Notes under the pieces: generated by a model
The model's database searches: none
Seen by the model: only the letters and a program-made list of their open reading frames with translations
Told to the model about the DNA's origin: nothing
In this document: positions 1-11,106 of the stretch, piece by piece
Numbering within the stretch: position 1 is the stretch's first letter
Layout: the number at the start of each line of letters is the position of its first letter
From: Basidiobolus meristosporus CBS 931.73
Lineage: Eukaryota; Fungi; Basidiobolomycota
DNA: 64,000 nucleotides
Direction of reading: 5' to 3'
Assembly (NCBI GenBank): GCA_002104905.1
Contig: MCFE01000222.1
Location: 1-64,000 of the forward strand
Made by a program: the position numbers and the translations under genes

Positions 1-700
1 TTGTTCTTCTGCCTTTGATACCTTCTGCTATTCATAAGATACTTTCTTAACACACTAATGCTGGCCCAAAATCTGTTTGCCCTTTTGAATTCAGGATAAT
101 GCTCATGGAACAAGTCAAGTGCATTCTGCTTGGCCTTGAGTTCCTGATGGTCCCAGGGTATGCTGGACTTAAGGTGATGGTGTGCTAGACTTCTGATGGC
201 CTCTTGTATATTAGCTCACTCTTAATTATTGAACTCTACAGCTTCACAGATCTTCAGTTTCTTTTGATTTTAGCCTTTGGTATAAACACCACATTGTCTC
301 CCTCCCACACTATGGTAGTCTTTTCTGTGGGCTTTATCTTTGGGCACTGTTGTTGTGCTTCAAACACTGCATGGTATACACTGCTGTTACACTGGGAAAT
401 GGCTCAATTCTTAGCTGTGACATTAAGCTACTTCAGTTCCTTCTTTGCAGCAAAGATACTGCTTTCTCTACCAGGGATATTGGTTGCTCTACACATATTA
501 TCTGCTCATCCTGTTTCTGGACTACTTCCTAATTTCTCTGGGCCATTGCATCTATCCTATCAGCCACTGCACCCAATTGCTTCATTAATGCTTTTGTATG
601 AGCTGACAACATACATGCTAATATGGGTGGTGGTAATGTTATGATGGCAACTTACTGGTCTTCACCTGAGGGTACTGCACTTGCTACATTCTCATCTGCA
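1..700 (-). repeat. Unclassified repeat family D fragment with a decayed ORF (coiled-coil-like plus helical domain)
   Basis: By-eye homology to 6190-6359, 13560-13830, 31900-32110 and 38780-39400. The minus strand reads ILACMLSAHTKALMKQLGAVADRID and LKSSIPWDHQELKAKQNALDLFHEHYPEFKRANRFWAS, with stops and frameshifts. Confidence 0.55.
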
Positions 701-1067
701 TGAGCATAACTGTCAGCTTGAGGCTCCACAGAGGTTATCAATTACCTACCTGACTGAGAGTCTGAGGAGTCCTCATTATTACCTTCAATGGGCTCACTGT
801 CCACAGGGCCTTTTTTGGATGTAGCCCCACTTGTTGCACAGATGTCAAAGCAATCTGTTGTCCAGTTGTTCTTCTGTTGCTGTCAGTAGTGGGGTTTGGT
901 TGAGAACCAGACAGCTTTGCTTTATTTTTCAGCGGCATATAGATGAAAGTGAGTCTAACCTAAGGGGAAATAGTGTTACATACACGTGTGTATGTGGTGA
1001 CACAACTTTATTAGTAATTCTTACTATTGTGGGTCATCATTGAATCTTACATTCATGTTGGTGCAAT

Positions 1068-1876
1068 AGACTTGATCTGTTGGATGGTGCCACATAGCGC
1101 CAGCCTGTTTATGGTGCCAGATCAATCTGGCACTATCTGGCACTATAATTTCTACCATCATGCCAGTGGTAGGTTATAGTTACTGGTAACTTTACTCAAT
1201 TTTACTTATTTTGCTCAGAGTAGTGCTTTCCTTGCTTTATTTACTCTTCATAATGCTCCAGACACATTTCTCTCAGTGGATGTCTTCTTGTATGAACATA
1301 CTGTGCATTAATAAGTATCTTAACTATTTTTCCTATTCTGCTGTTTTCTCCTATATATGACTTTCCTCTGTATTTACCTGCCAAAATGCTGAATCTCTTC
1401 AGATATCCAAATGTGTGCTCTACCTTCACTCTGAAATGATTAAATATCTCATTGCAGGGCTTCTGCTTCCTGCTAAGCACACCATTCCTTGGCTTCCTAT
1501 AAGCTGTAATACATCCTAATCTCTGACAATCCTCTCCTATATAGGCTAAGTCTGACATATATTTCTCCCCTCTACTGAATTCAGGATGATTTTCTACCCA
1601 GAGTGCTTTGTCATGCCTACTTCCAGCAAATGGCCCACTAAACCAGATGATGTTACCCTCAATGTCAGACAGTGCTTGAAACTTCACACAGTGTGCCTTG
1701 TACTTGCCAGAATAAAAGTGCCTCTGCCCTCTAGAAGGTCTGTTAATCCTCACTGGGAAGGTATCAAAAATACTCCTGATATGGAACCTGTTGCTGAACA
1801 CTCTGGGATATGGAAGTCTATTGGAGCTTCTAAACCTAGTACTCCAAGCTTGCTCATGAAGTAGATCCATGTGCAT
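1068..1876 (-). mobile_element. PHIS transposon right half (TIR plus 3' part of transposase), truncated
   Basis: Starts AAT|AGACTTGATCTGTTGGAT, a variant of the right TIR at 45732-45746. ORF 1241-1876 is near-identical to the C-terminal part of 44679-45563. Confidence 0.9.
1241..1876 (-). pseudogene. 5'-truncated DDE transposase (DDE_Tnp_4-like)
   Basis: Motifs DTFPVRINRP, YSGKYKAHCVK, GSRHD, DLAY, VEHTFGYLKRF. The N-terminus is replaced by copia sequence. Confidence 0.85.
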
Positions 1877-3419
1877 CTTATATAATCATCAATAAAACCA
1901 ATATAGGAACCATTATGATCAGTGATCCTGCATCCAGAATTGTCAAAGCCAAAGCTGAGTCCTTCTACTGTGGCCTGGCTCAAAGATAGTAGGCTCTTGG
2001 CAATTTCTGGTTCATAGGGTACTTCTTTAAAGGTCAGTGTATGGCTTCCTTCATTGCTTCTGAGGTTTACTTGCATAGTTCCTTCTCCTACTGCATCAAG
2101 TGTTCTAATGTCACTCATGAAAACCTTCTTAATTGGAATTTCTTTGTATTGGGTAAATAGCTCTTTTTGGAATGTAAAATGTTGAGATGCTCCAGACTCA
2201 ATGCATCATGTCTGAGGATCCTAGTTTGTGGTCATATTTAGTGCAGATATGCATTGTCTATCTTCAATTGTTGCAGCATTTCCAAATTCAAGCTTCTATT
2301 GCTGATTGTCACTTTTTTTGAGACACCAGTCTGATATGTGTCCTTTCCTTTTGCAGTAGTTGATAAACAGGTCACTGTTGTCTTTGTAGGGTCTTGGATA
2401 CCTTCTATAAATGTTATTGTAGCTTTTTAAGCATATTCTTTTTTCTTCTTATTGGTGCTTGATTTTCTTAATTCTTCATCCTAGAGCCTTCCATACAGAT
2501 AATATAAGCTTCAATATTTAGTTCTGGACTCTAGAGCTGATACAAGGCCCTGAAACCTGTCTTTCAGGCAACTCAGTAAGTTTACCATTACATCTTTCTC
2601 AGATGTTAGTACACCCACAGATTCAATCTCATCTACCAGCAGGGCAACTCTATTAGTTAGGTTTTTCATTTCTTCCCCTGGCAGCATCTTTGTAGTAAAG
2701 AATTTTTGTCTAAGGTGCATTTTTATAGTTGCTGAGCATGACCAGTAGGTATCCACTAATGCATTCTAGGCATTCTTTGCCATAGTTGCTTATGAGCATT
2801 GAATTGGTATTTTGTATTTAACTTTAAGTCAAATGCAGTAAAAGGCACTTTGCTCCTTCTTTTAGTACTTTAATGATTCCTATCCCATGCTTTTAGGAGG
2901 GCATTCATCTCTTGGGATAATATACAAAAAGCCTCTTTTGTCTAGCGGCATCTTTGTCTTCACCTTCCACACTTGGTAGTTTAATGTATCTAACTTCTCT
3001 GCAGAGGGAAAAAATCCAGTAGTAGCAGTAGTAGACATTGCTGAAATGTGACAGCTTGGAGCTCATAGCCTGTAGTGAGCATCTTGGAGATATTGGAAGT
3101 GATTGGGAGTGCAATTAGATTATGTGGTTTTCACTTGATGATTTATATGATGTAAAAGTAGTATCTATACTTTTACATGGTCTTGGCTTGAAGAACACAT
3201 AGAATAGATTTATGAAGGTCCCAAGAGCATGTGTGCAAAGCTAGGGGCTCTTTGAGAAGCTTTGAGAAGTTTCATGCTCTGGGTACCTGGTATTTGGGTA
3301 AAAATATTCCTAGTAGATCCTAACAAGGAGTTTGGTCAGTATTCCCTAGAGTTTAAAGGAGATGATCAAAGTGACTAAGTTATGTGAATATTTAGGTGAG
3401 ATTACAAATATTTACAATA
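1870..3419 (-). mobile_element. Copia-2 5' half: 5' LTR (3071-3419), PBS (3059-3070), decayed gag and protease
   Basis: LTR is homologous to 51625-51973. The adjacent GGCTATGAGCTC resembles the copia PBS GGTTATGAGCCC. Degenerate CCHC (NYCKRKGHISDWC) and protease-region residues (EVPYEPEIAKSLLS). Confidence 0.75.
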
Positions 3420-3469
3420 TGGTGGGGAAAAAACCCCAAAACTCTTCATCCACTTATGCCAAATTCATG

Positions 3470-5850
3470 AGATGAAGTAAGAGATCACTGTACTTAACCC
3501 CTCACTGCAAAATGTAGTGGCAGAACAAGCAAACAGATCAATAATTGACATGGCAAGATCTGTGCCCCTCAATCAAAAATTATCCTACAATACTGGGGTG
3601 GAATCAGTTGCTACAGCTGTATATCTTAAAAATTGGAGATGTAGCAGAGTTCTTAATGCTTCCACTGTATTTCAAGCACAGCTTGGATACAGACCAAGTG
3701 CAGAACATCTGAAAATAGTTGGGTGCATAGTGTATGCAAAGAAACTGGCTGGAAATCAGAAAAGGTCTGGCCAAAAAGTGTTAAATTTATATTTTTGGGC
3801 TACTGCAATGAGAGTAACGCATACAGACTATACAATATCAAAGCAAAGAAGCTGATCAGGCTAAGGGATGGGCTAATTGATGAAGATTTTGAAACTGTCA
3901 CAAAAAATGATCTTTGATGAAAGCAATAACAGGATTTCAAGTTCGCCAATAGTGAGGATCAATTCAGGACAAAGCAATTAAAACTTTTTCACCTCAGAGG
4001 ACTCTACACCCTTTGATCAGGCTCACTCAGTGCACAGGAATATCCCAAAAGTGATTATTCCAAAATCACAAGCCAGGATTCCTACCAGACTGCAGATAGC
4101 CCAAATTACTTTATCAATGGCAGTACTAACCTAGCCTATACCTATCCAGTCCATATTTATGAGCCCCAGACTAAAAAGAGGCTATAAATAGCCCTCAGAC
4201 AAAGTTTTGGAGAGCTGTAATGACCAAGGAGTATCAGGCCTTAGTGGAAAATCAAACCTGAGACTTAGTCAATTTACCTGTCAATCACAAATCAATGGGA
4301 TGCAGATAAGTCTTGAAGACAAAATAAAAGGCTGATGAGACAATTGAAAGATACTAAGCAAGACTTGTGGCCAAAGAATACTCTCAAAAAAATAGACTAG
4401 ACTATGTTGAGACCTTTCCACTGGTAGCTAAATTCTTTCCATAAGATCAATATTGGCAATTGAGCCAAATTTAGGTATTTTATTAATCAAATGGATGTAA
4501 GAACAGCATTGTTGAGTGGTGAGCTTGGTGAGGATGTGTGCATGCACCAGCCTGATATGTTTGTTAACCAAGATAACCCCCATTTGGTCTGCAAGCTTAG
4601 AAGAACGTTATATGGTCTAAAATAATCACCAAGAGCCTAGAATTGCAAGATAGATTTTCATATTGAATCAATGTGTTTCCAGAGGAGCAATGCTGGCTAC
4701 AGTATCTACTTAAGCCTGATAGAGTGAGTTCAGCCCTATGAGCTCTATTTGTGGATGATCTTATTTTAGCCACCAACTACCAAGAAACCTTGGAGGAGAC
4801 TAAATCCAGCCTGTATAAGGGGCTCAAGATGCCTGATCAAGGAGAGCTCAGTTACTGCTTGGGGATAAAGTTCTCCTTAGACAGAAGAACCTAGACCATA
4901 GCCCTCAACAAGTCCAAGTATACTCAATATATACTAAAGAAGTATCAAATGTAAGAATGTCAATAAGCAAATACTCCAATGGAGACAAACCTTAACTTGG
5001 TCAACACTAAATCAAATTAAGAGAGCTTGGTGCCATGTGAAAGCCCTAAATTTTATATCAAATCACAGGTGACAAGTTAATGTATATAATGCCAAGGATA
5101 TTTCCAGATATCACATATTCAATAGGAGTTGTCAGCTGCCATTATCAGAACTATGGGTATGATCATATTGCAGCAACTAAGCACATGTGTAGATACCTAA
5201 AAGGAGCTGCTGATATCTGCCCAAGGTACTCCTATAAGGATTTAGAACAAGATCTTGTGGGATACTCTGATGCTGATTGGGGACAAAACTTAGAAGACAG
5301 AGGATCCACCACATGATACACATTTTTTTACCGGAAAGGAGCAATTTCATGGAACTCAAAAAAGTATCCAACTGTAAAGTTTTGACCACAGAGGCAAAGT
5401 ATATGGTAGTCAGTGGAGCTACAAAAGAAGCAATGTGGCTAATAAAGCTTTTTAAAGATATAGGCTTATGTCAAAAAAAGCCTATTACTTTATTTTAAGA
5501 TAATCAAGGATGTATACAATCCAGCAGAAATCCAACTTTTCATGCTGGAACTAAGCATATAGATATTAGACATCATTTCATACACAAAGCTGTAGAAAAT
5601 AGCTTATTCAAGCTAATTTACTGTCCTACAGATGAAATGATAGCAGACATATATACCAAACCACTGGCTAGAGACTAACTTAAATATCTCAGGTCAAAAT
5701 TAGGACTAGTCAGTATGAACATTTAGCTGAATAAGACTGTTGCAAAAATTTGTAATTCCCCCTGAATATTCACCCAGCTTAGCCACTTAGATCACTACCT
5801 TCAAATCTCAGAGAATACTAGCCAAATTTCTTGTTGGGATGTACTTTGAA
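3470..5850 (+). mobile_element. Copia-2 3' half: decayed integrase, RT and RNase H, truncated 3' LTR from 5738
   Basis: VAEQANRSIIDMARS (IN), LVGYSDADWGQNLEDRGST (RT/RH), EAMWLIKL (RH). TGTTGCAAAAATTTG LTR start. Many stops and frameshifts. Confidence 0.85.
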
Positions 5851-6189
5851 TATGCATTTCTCTCTAGGCTTTATCATTAGGCACTGTTGTTGGGACTTAA
5901 ATACTCTATCAAAAATCTCAAACATGGAATTCATCAGATTTTCAGCTGGTATTTTGCTGGTATTCTGATGATGTTTTGCTTGTTTTTGACTGGTATTTTG
6001 GTTCATATATCAAATGCAATTTTTAATGGAAGCAGCAAGCAGCTAATTATCAAAATTGGCATGGAGGCTATTTGGCCTAGTCTCCACCTAGGGAATTTGT
6101 TTGCTTGCCTGCCCATCAGCCAACAACAGAGATATTGGGAGTTGACAATTCTGAGAAACTTGGAATTCAGCTGATATTATAATGGTATT

Positions 6190-6359
6190 TTGGTGGCCTT
6201 TTCTGAGTTTTTTTTCTTAGGGACACTATACAGTGCTCCTTGGCTGTTACATTGAGAAATGGTCCAATTCTGGTCTGTGACATTGAGCAGCTTGAGTTTC
6301 TACTCAGCGGCAAAAACACTGTGTTCTCTACATAGGATTTTCAAGGCTCCATGCATATT
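6190..6359 (-). repeat. Family D fragment; target of the PHIS insertion at 6360
   Basis: Aligns by eye to about 380-490. Confidence 0.5.
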
Positions 6360-7188
6360 AGACTTGTTCCATTGTACCATGCCAGGGCGTGCGGTGCAAT
6401 CCGCGGTGGTATAGAACAATCAGGTGCAATATTATAGCTACCAGAAGGCAGGATTGTTCTTGGACAATTTTGCACTATGCGGGACAATCTTGCACACTAT
6501 GGCACAATCTGACACAATGAGGTTGGCACGGATGATTGCACCAACTTGTAATGTTTGCATCACATGCATGATCAGATGCCGCTATTATGGCAGGTAAAAT
6601 CCGGTATTTGGATATGTTTCTTTAATGTAAATGTAAATAAATGTGTATCACACTATAAGCTACACTGATACTTACCATTTTGGTTACCCTCACTCCAATT
6701 GGACAGTATCTCAGTGGTTTATTGGTCTAAAAGTATCCTGAAGCTGGCAGCCCCCAATTGGCTCATTGACTACTAAAAAAGCTACCTGATTTGCCATCAA
6801 ATATCCCATTTTGCCCATTGAGCAAGTAAATCCCTGATCTTAGTGATTGGACAAGGTGTCATAGTTAGCATGCAAGCAATTGAGTAGGTGCAAAACAGAT
6901 CCAATAGCTGCACTGGTATTACAGATGATGTATATATATGCAGGGTTTTATTTATAGGGGTTCTGTCTCAAATGTGAGATGATCTTGATATTACTTATAT
7001 CAAAAATTTGATGATCACTGATTTGTGATGACTTTATTTGGATTGCAAAGAAAATTGGTTGTTGGGATCATTACAAATATGAGCAATTCAAAGCAATTGC
7101 ATCATCTTCTCCTGGGTTTTTTTCTCACAGGGATTACTACTGAAGCATTTGGTAGTGACTCACTTTGCACACCTATACTACTTCTGGG

Positions 7189-8334
7189 CTAACTATCATC
7201 TTGGCTACTTGTGTATTTGTAGTCAGTATTTTGCCTCCTAGTTGATGAGTGCAATGCTGCAGCTTGGCCACGCTGAATTGCTCCAACTGATCCAACTGAA
7301 CCAGCCTGTAGTGCCACATGCTGATGCGTTCTTTTACTTGCCAAGGGCTCCAGTGGTTGAGGCACTTCATGTTGGTCATCATCAGTCAGTTCACCAGAAG
7401 TAACTTGCTGATGGTCAGGTGAAACGGCTTGCGCAGGCGCACCTTGACACATTGAGATGGCCCTTGGCTGAGTTTGATGTGATGTTGCATGTTGACGCAA
7501 CTTGGTCCGCTCCAATGGATTTGTGTCTAAATGAGCAGTTTGGCAAGTTCTTGTAGTTTTGCTCTGAAGCGCATGCGTCGACTCAATGCAGGGCATTCTG
7601 GTAAAGGATGTTGGCATGGTCTGGACTGACATGCACCAGCGCACTGTGGTTGCAAGAGATGGTAGGGAATTCAGCAAGGCATGCTGGCGCAATCTGGACA
7701 ATGTTGCTTGCAGTCTGTATTCTTCCTCCTGAAGCTCACCATCTGATTCCTCAAGGTATTCACTTACGCTCTGTCTGATACTTTGGAGCAGTTGCCTGGA
7801 TGAGTCCTGTGTATATTGCTCTTGGAAGCCACTTAGCTCTACTAATATATCACATAGTACATTAGTCATTTGAGGCAAAAACTCATTCAGAATCTCTTTG
7901 GTTCCCAAAGTTGAGGCACAAATGGACGCATCCAGCCTGTACTGTGCAAATTGCATGCAAAATTGTTCCTGCGTGGCTTCTTTGTCAAATCCCCTCACTC
8001 TCAGCTCATTCTTGACTTCAATACTTGTCTTGTTATATATCTTCCTACATACATTGGCTGGCATCTTGATGTAGAACTCATGCCACAGCTTTCCACTCAG
8101 ATTCTTCCATCTTTGTTGACTCTCTGAGGTATCTAGTTCTGCTAGATTAATCGGTAGTGCCGAAATATCTGTATGAAGGCTCATCATAGACACTTGGGCC
8201 ATACTAAAATCATTTGGCAAGTACTCAAATGGATCCAACATCAACTTTTCTGGTCTGAACCATGCTTGTGAGCTGGGGGATGGGTTTTGTCTGGGTTGTA
8301 CTAAAGATGAGTTGAGGCTTGGTATGGGGACCAT
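7189..8334 (-). CDS. Second (companion) ORF of the PHIS transposon, putative DNA-binding protein; CpG-eroded copy
   Basis: 381-aa open frame, divergent from the transposase and homologous to 43057-44340. Contains QRWKNL and a SAP-like YNKTSIEVKNELRVRGF segment. Ends early at a TAG that is CAG in the other copy. Confidence 0.65.
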   Translation of the reverse strand: MVPIPSLNSSLVQPRQNPSPSSQAWFRPEKLMLDPFEYLPNDFSMAQVSMMSLHTDISALPINLAELDTSESQQRWKNLSGKLWHEFYIKMPANVCRKIYNKTSIEVKNELRVRGFDKEATQEQFCMQFAQYRLDASICASTLGTKEILNEFLPQMTNVLCDILVELSGFQEQYTQDSSRQLLQSIRQSVSEYLEESDGELQEEEYRLQATLSRLRQHALLNSLPSLATTVRWCMSVQTMPTSFTRMPCIESTHALQSKTTRTCQTAHLDTNPLERTKLRQHATSHQTQPRAISMCQGAPAQAVSPDHQQVTSGELTDDDQHEVPQPLEPLASKRTHQHVALQAGSVGSVGAIQRGQAAALHSSTRRQNTDYKYTSSQDDS

Positions 8335-8693
8335 AGCAACAAATTTGGATACTTATACAGCAGTATATTGGCATCAACCTGGTCTTATATGAGATATATA
8401 TGAAAACTAATGTGATTGTTGAATTTTCCATACATTATGCATGATGCATCTTGGATTGCGTTGACATGGATCAGATCACATCAATTGCAGATTTCCTATT
8501 TGATTATAGACCTATGATTAAAGCATCAATAAAAGTACCAAGGCATTGTTTGCGGATGATTTTTACAACATAATGATGCGATACATGGCAATTGATGGAG
8601 ATTTAACCATAATGTATTAAAAATCAGATAAATAATGCAGATTGTTCCAAATCAATTCTAACCACCTCCATACAATCATCCACCAATTTTAAT

Positions 8694-10588
8694 ATGACTT
8701 ACTCATCTGAATGGTCTTTTCTCATCAATCCCATCACTACCACTGTATTTCCTTTTGACATACTAGAGGAGATCTATTTCAAGTACTGTGGACCATCAAC
8801 TCCAATCTACTCAAGGAGATCCCTTGTTAAGCTTCTCTGATATTACAAGTACTATTGCCCTACAAGGTTTCATCCCACCATCCATGGCAACAAAAGTCCT
8901 AGAAGCTTTCATTCCCAGCTGACAGCAATGGAGGAATGTTGAAATATTAGAGAGATATTATGGAAGTGAATTGGAGAATTAGAAGATTTACATGATATTC
9001 ACTTTAATATTTCAACAGGTTGTGAGCCCCAAGCCTGCTTTATCTTGGTTGTCTACTTTGCTCTAGTACTGTGTCTTTATTCTGGAGAAAGACCGCCTGG
9101 TCAACCTGAAGTTACAAAAGACAGAAAAGTACTGCTGCTGCAAAGAACTGCTAGATGGGATATATTGTTTTGGAGAGAGAGGCCTTTGCCCTTAAAGAAG
9201 ACACTAAGCAAAGAGAAAGGTCATATGTCAAGGAGATCATGTTGGACAAATTACAAAAGTTATGGAATATGCAGAAGGATGAAGCTTTGAGAAAATGCAT
9301 AATTCCAGCAAGGAGTCAAGATCAATAAGGGGCATCTTACATGATATATGTATTAATGCTATGATCCTTATTATCACCCCATGATGGATCTATATTGAAA
9401 ATCCGCATATACCTGGGTTTGGATTAGACTATTTCAGTCAATGAATTACCCATATTACTGCAGTGAATTTACATAAGTCTGTAGTCACTTGAAATGAAAT
9501 GATGCACAAACACTTTGATGCCGCCTGCTGCCCTGGTTTGGAGTTGGATTTGCCAACAGATATATGGATCAGCTTGCCCAAACTCTGAGGATCAAAATGA
9601 TATATAATACCTATATATTTGGCCAAAGATCAGTGATCTCAGATATGCCAACTTAGGAGTGGTACGCATGATATATCAGTGGTTTTATTTCCAGTACCAA
9701 TGATCCTGAGGCTCTGTGAGACACTTATTAGACAAGCTACATGTCTACATCAAGTATCAGATACAGTGGGAGGAGATACATCCATATATGTTGAAGCATG
9801 GAATTTCTACCACCATCAAGAAAAGTGCTACCAGAGACCTTGACCAAGGTATATGCATATAGTCTCTATAAACACTATAGAATATGCATGAAGTACTATC
9901 AAGGAGTGTACTAGTTGCCCTACACTAGTACATATATCACATACATACAGTGATGAAGGATCATTTATATAAACATGGATCAGATGTTAATCATGCTATT
10001 TTGATCAGATCAAGTTACTTACAGCTGCCAGCTACAGGGCTCATAACCTGTTGAAATATTAAAGTGAATATCATGTAAATCTTCTAATTCTCCAATTCAC
10101 TTCCATAATATCTCTCTAATATTTCAACAAGAACTACCTTGCAGAGGGGATAAATGACTTAGAGCAAGCTTGGAGTACTAGGTTTAGAAGCTCCAATAGA
10201 CTTCCATATCCCAGAGTGTTCAGCAACCATTCCATATCAGGAGTATTTTTGATACCTTCCCAGTAAGGATTAACAGACCTTCCAGAGGGCAGAGGCACTT
10301 TTATTCTGGCAAGTACAAGGCACACTGTGTAAAGTTTCAAGCACTGTCTGACATTGAGGGTAACATCATCTGGTTTAGTGGGCCATTTGCTGGAAGTAGG
10401 CATGACAAAGCACTCTGGGTAGAAAATCATCCTGAATTCAGTAGAGGGGAGAAATGTATGTCAGACTTAGCCTATATAGGAGAGGATTGTCAGAGATTAG
10501 GATGTATAACAGCTTATAGGAAGCCAAGGAATGGTGCGCTTAGCAGGAAGCAGAAGCCCTGCAATGAGATATTTAATCATTTCAGAGT
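8694..10588 (+). pseudogene. PHIS transposase split by an insertion (8694-8936 plus 10130-10588)
   Basis: The two parts join into the sequence of 44679 onward (GCAATGGAG|AACTACCTTGCAGAGG). Has an internal TGA and a 3' truncation. Confidence 0.85.
8937..10129. mobile_element. Insertion bounded by perfectly inverted 81-bp mini-LTRs, each followed inward by a copia-type PBS
   Basis: 8937-9017 is the exact reverse complement of 10049-10129. Each unit has TGTTGAAATATT...AATATTTCAACA ends. PBS GGTTGTGAGCCC at 9018-9029 and GGTTATGAGCCC (minus) at 10037-10048. Confidence 0.85.
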
Positions 10589-10885
10589 TATTGACACTAA
10601 GTCAGGTGATCAGCCAATCAGTACTTCTATCATTATTTTGGCCAGACGTTTGAAGAAAAAACACCTACCAAATGCTGGCACAACATCCTAAGAGCATGTG
10701 TGCAAAGTATGGAGCTACATGTGGAGCACTGGCATTCTTGATGTACTGGGTACCCGGAGTCATGGTGGACATACTGCAACTAAGTCACAACAAGCAATTT
10801 TACAAAAAGTTACTATAATTTGTAGATAATGATCTAAGTGACTAAGCCAAGTAGATGTTTTGGTGATATTACAGAGTTTGCAAAA
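10589..10885 (-). repeat. Copia-2-related LTR remnant
   Basis: GAGCATGTGTGCAAAG and AAGTGACTAAG motifs shared with the LTRs at 3071-3419 and 51625-51973. Followed by CCCCCAC (PPT-like on the minus strand). Confidence 0.5.
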
Positions 10886-11106
10886 CCCCCACTTAACTAA
10901 GTACCCATACTAACTGGCTGTAACTGCAATCTAAGATATTTAGATTTATCTCTGGTCACTGGCTACATGAGTATGTCTGCAAGCCTGCCATGTGAGGGAC
11001 AGTAGATCAAGCTAACTAAGTTGTACTCTATAGCTTCATGTATTGAGTGATATCTAACATGAATATTCTTTTTTAACAAGAAAAGTTGGATTTTTACTGA
11101 GTTGTA

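Larger units (their letters stand above)
6360..10588 (+). mobile_element. PHIS transposon copy lacking its right end, interrupted by a 1.2-kb insertion
   Basis: ATT|AGACTTGTTCCATTG left TIR. Colinear with 41488-45746 up to FRV of the transposase. CpG-eroded relative to that copy. Confidence 0.9.

Noticed and set aside
204-644. 146-aa hydrophobic ORF as a membrane protein
   Set aside because: Antisense reading of the family D coding strand. Starts at TTG and is not conserved in the other copies.
1750-2118. 122-aa ORF as a real gene
   Set aside because: Chance in-frame fusion of copia protease-region, integrase and off-frame transposase fragments.
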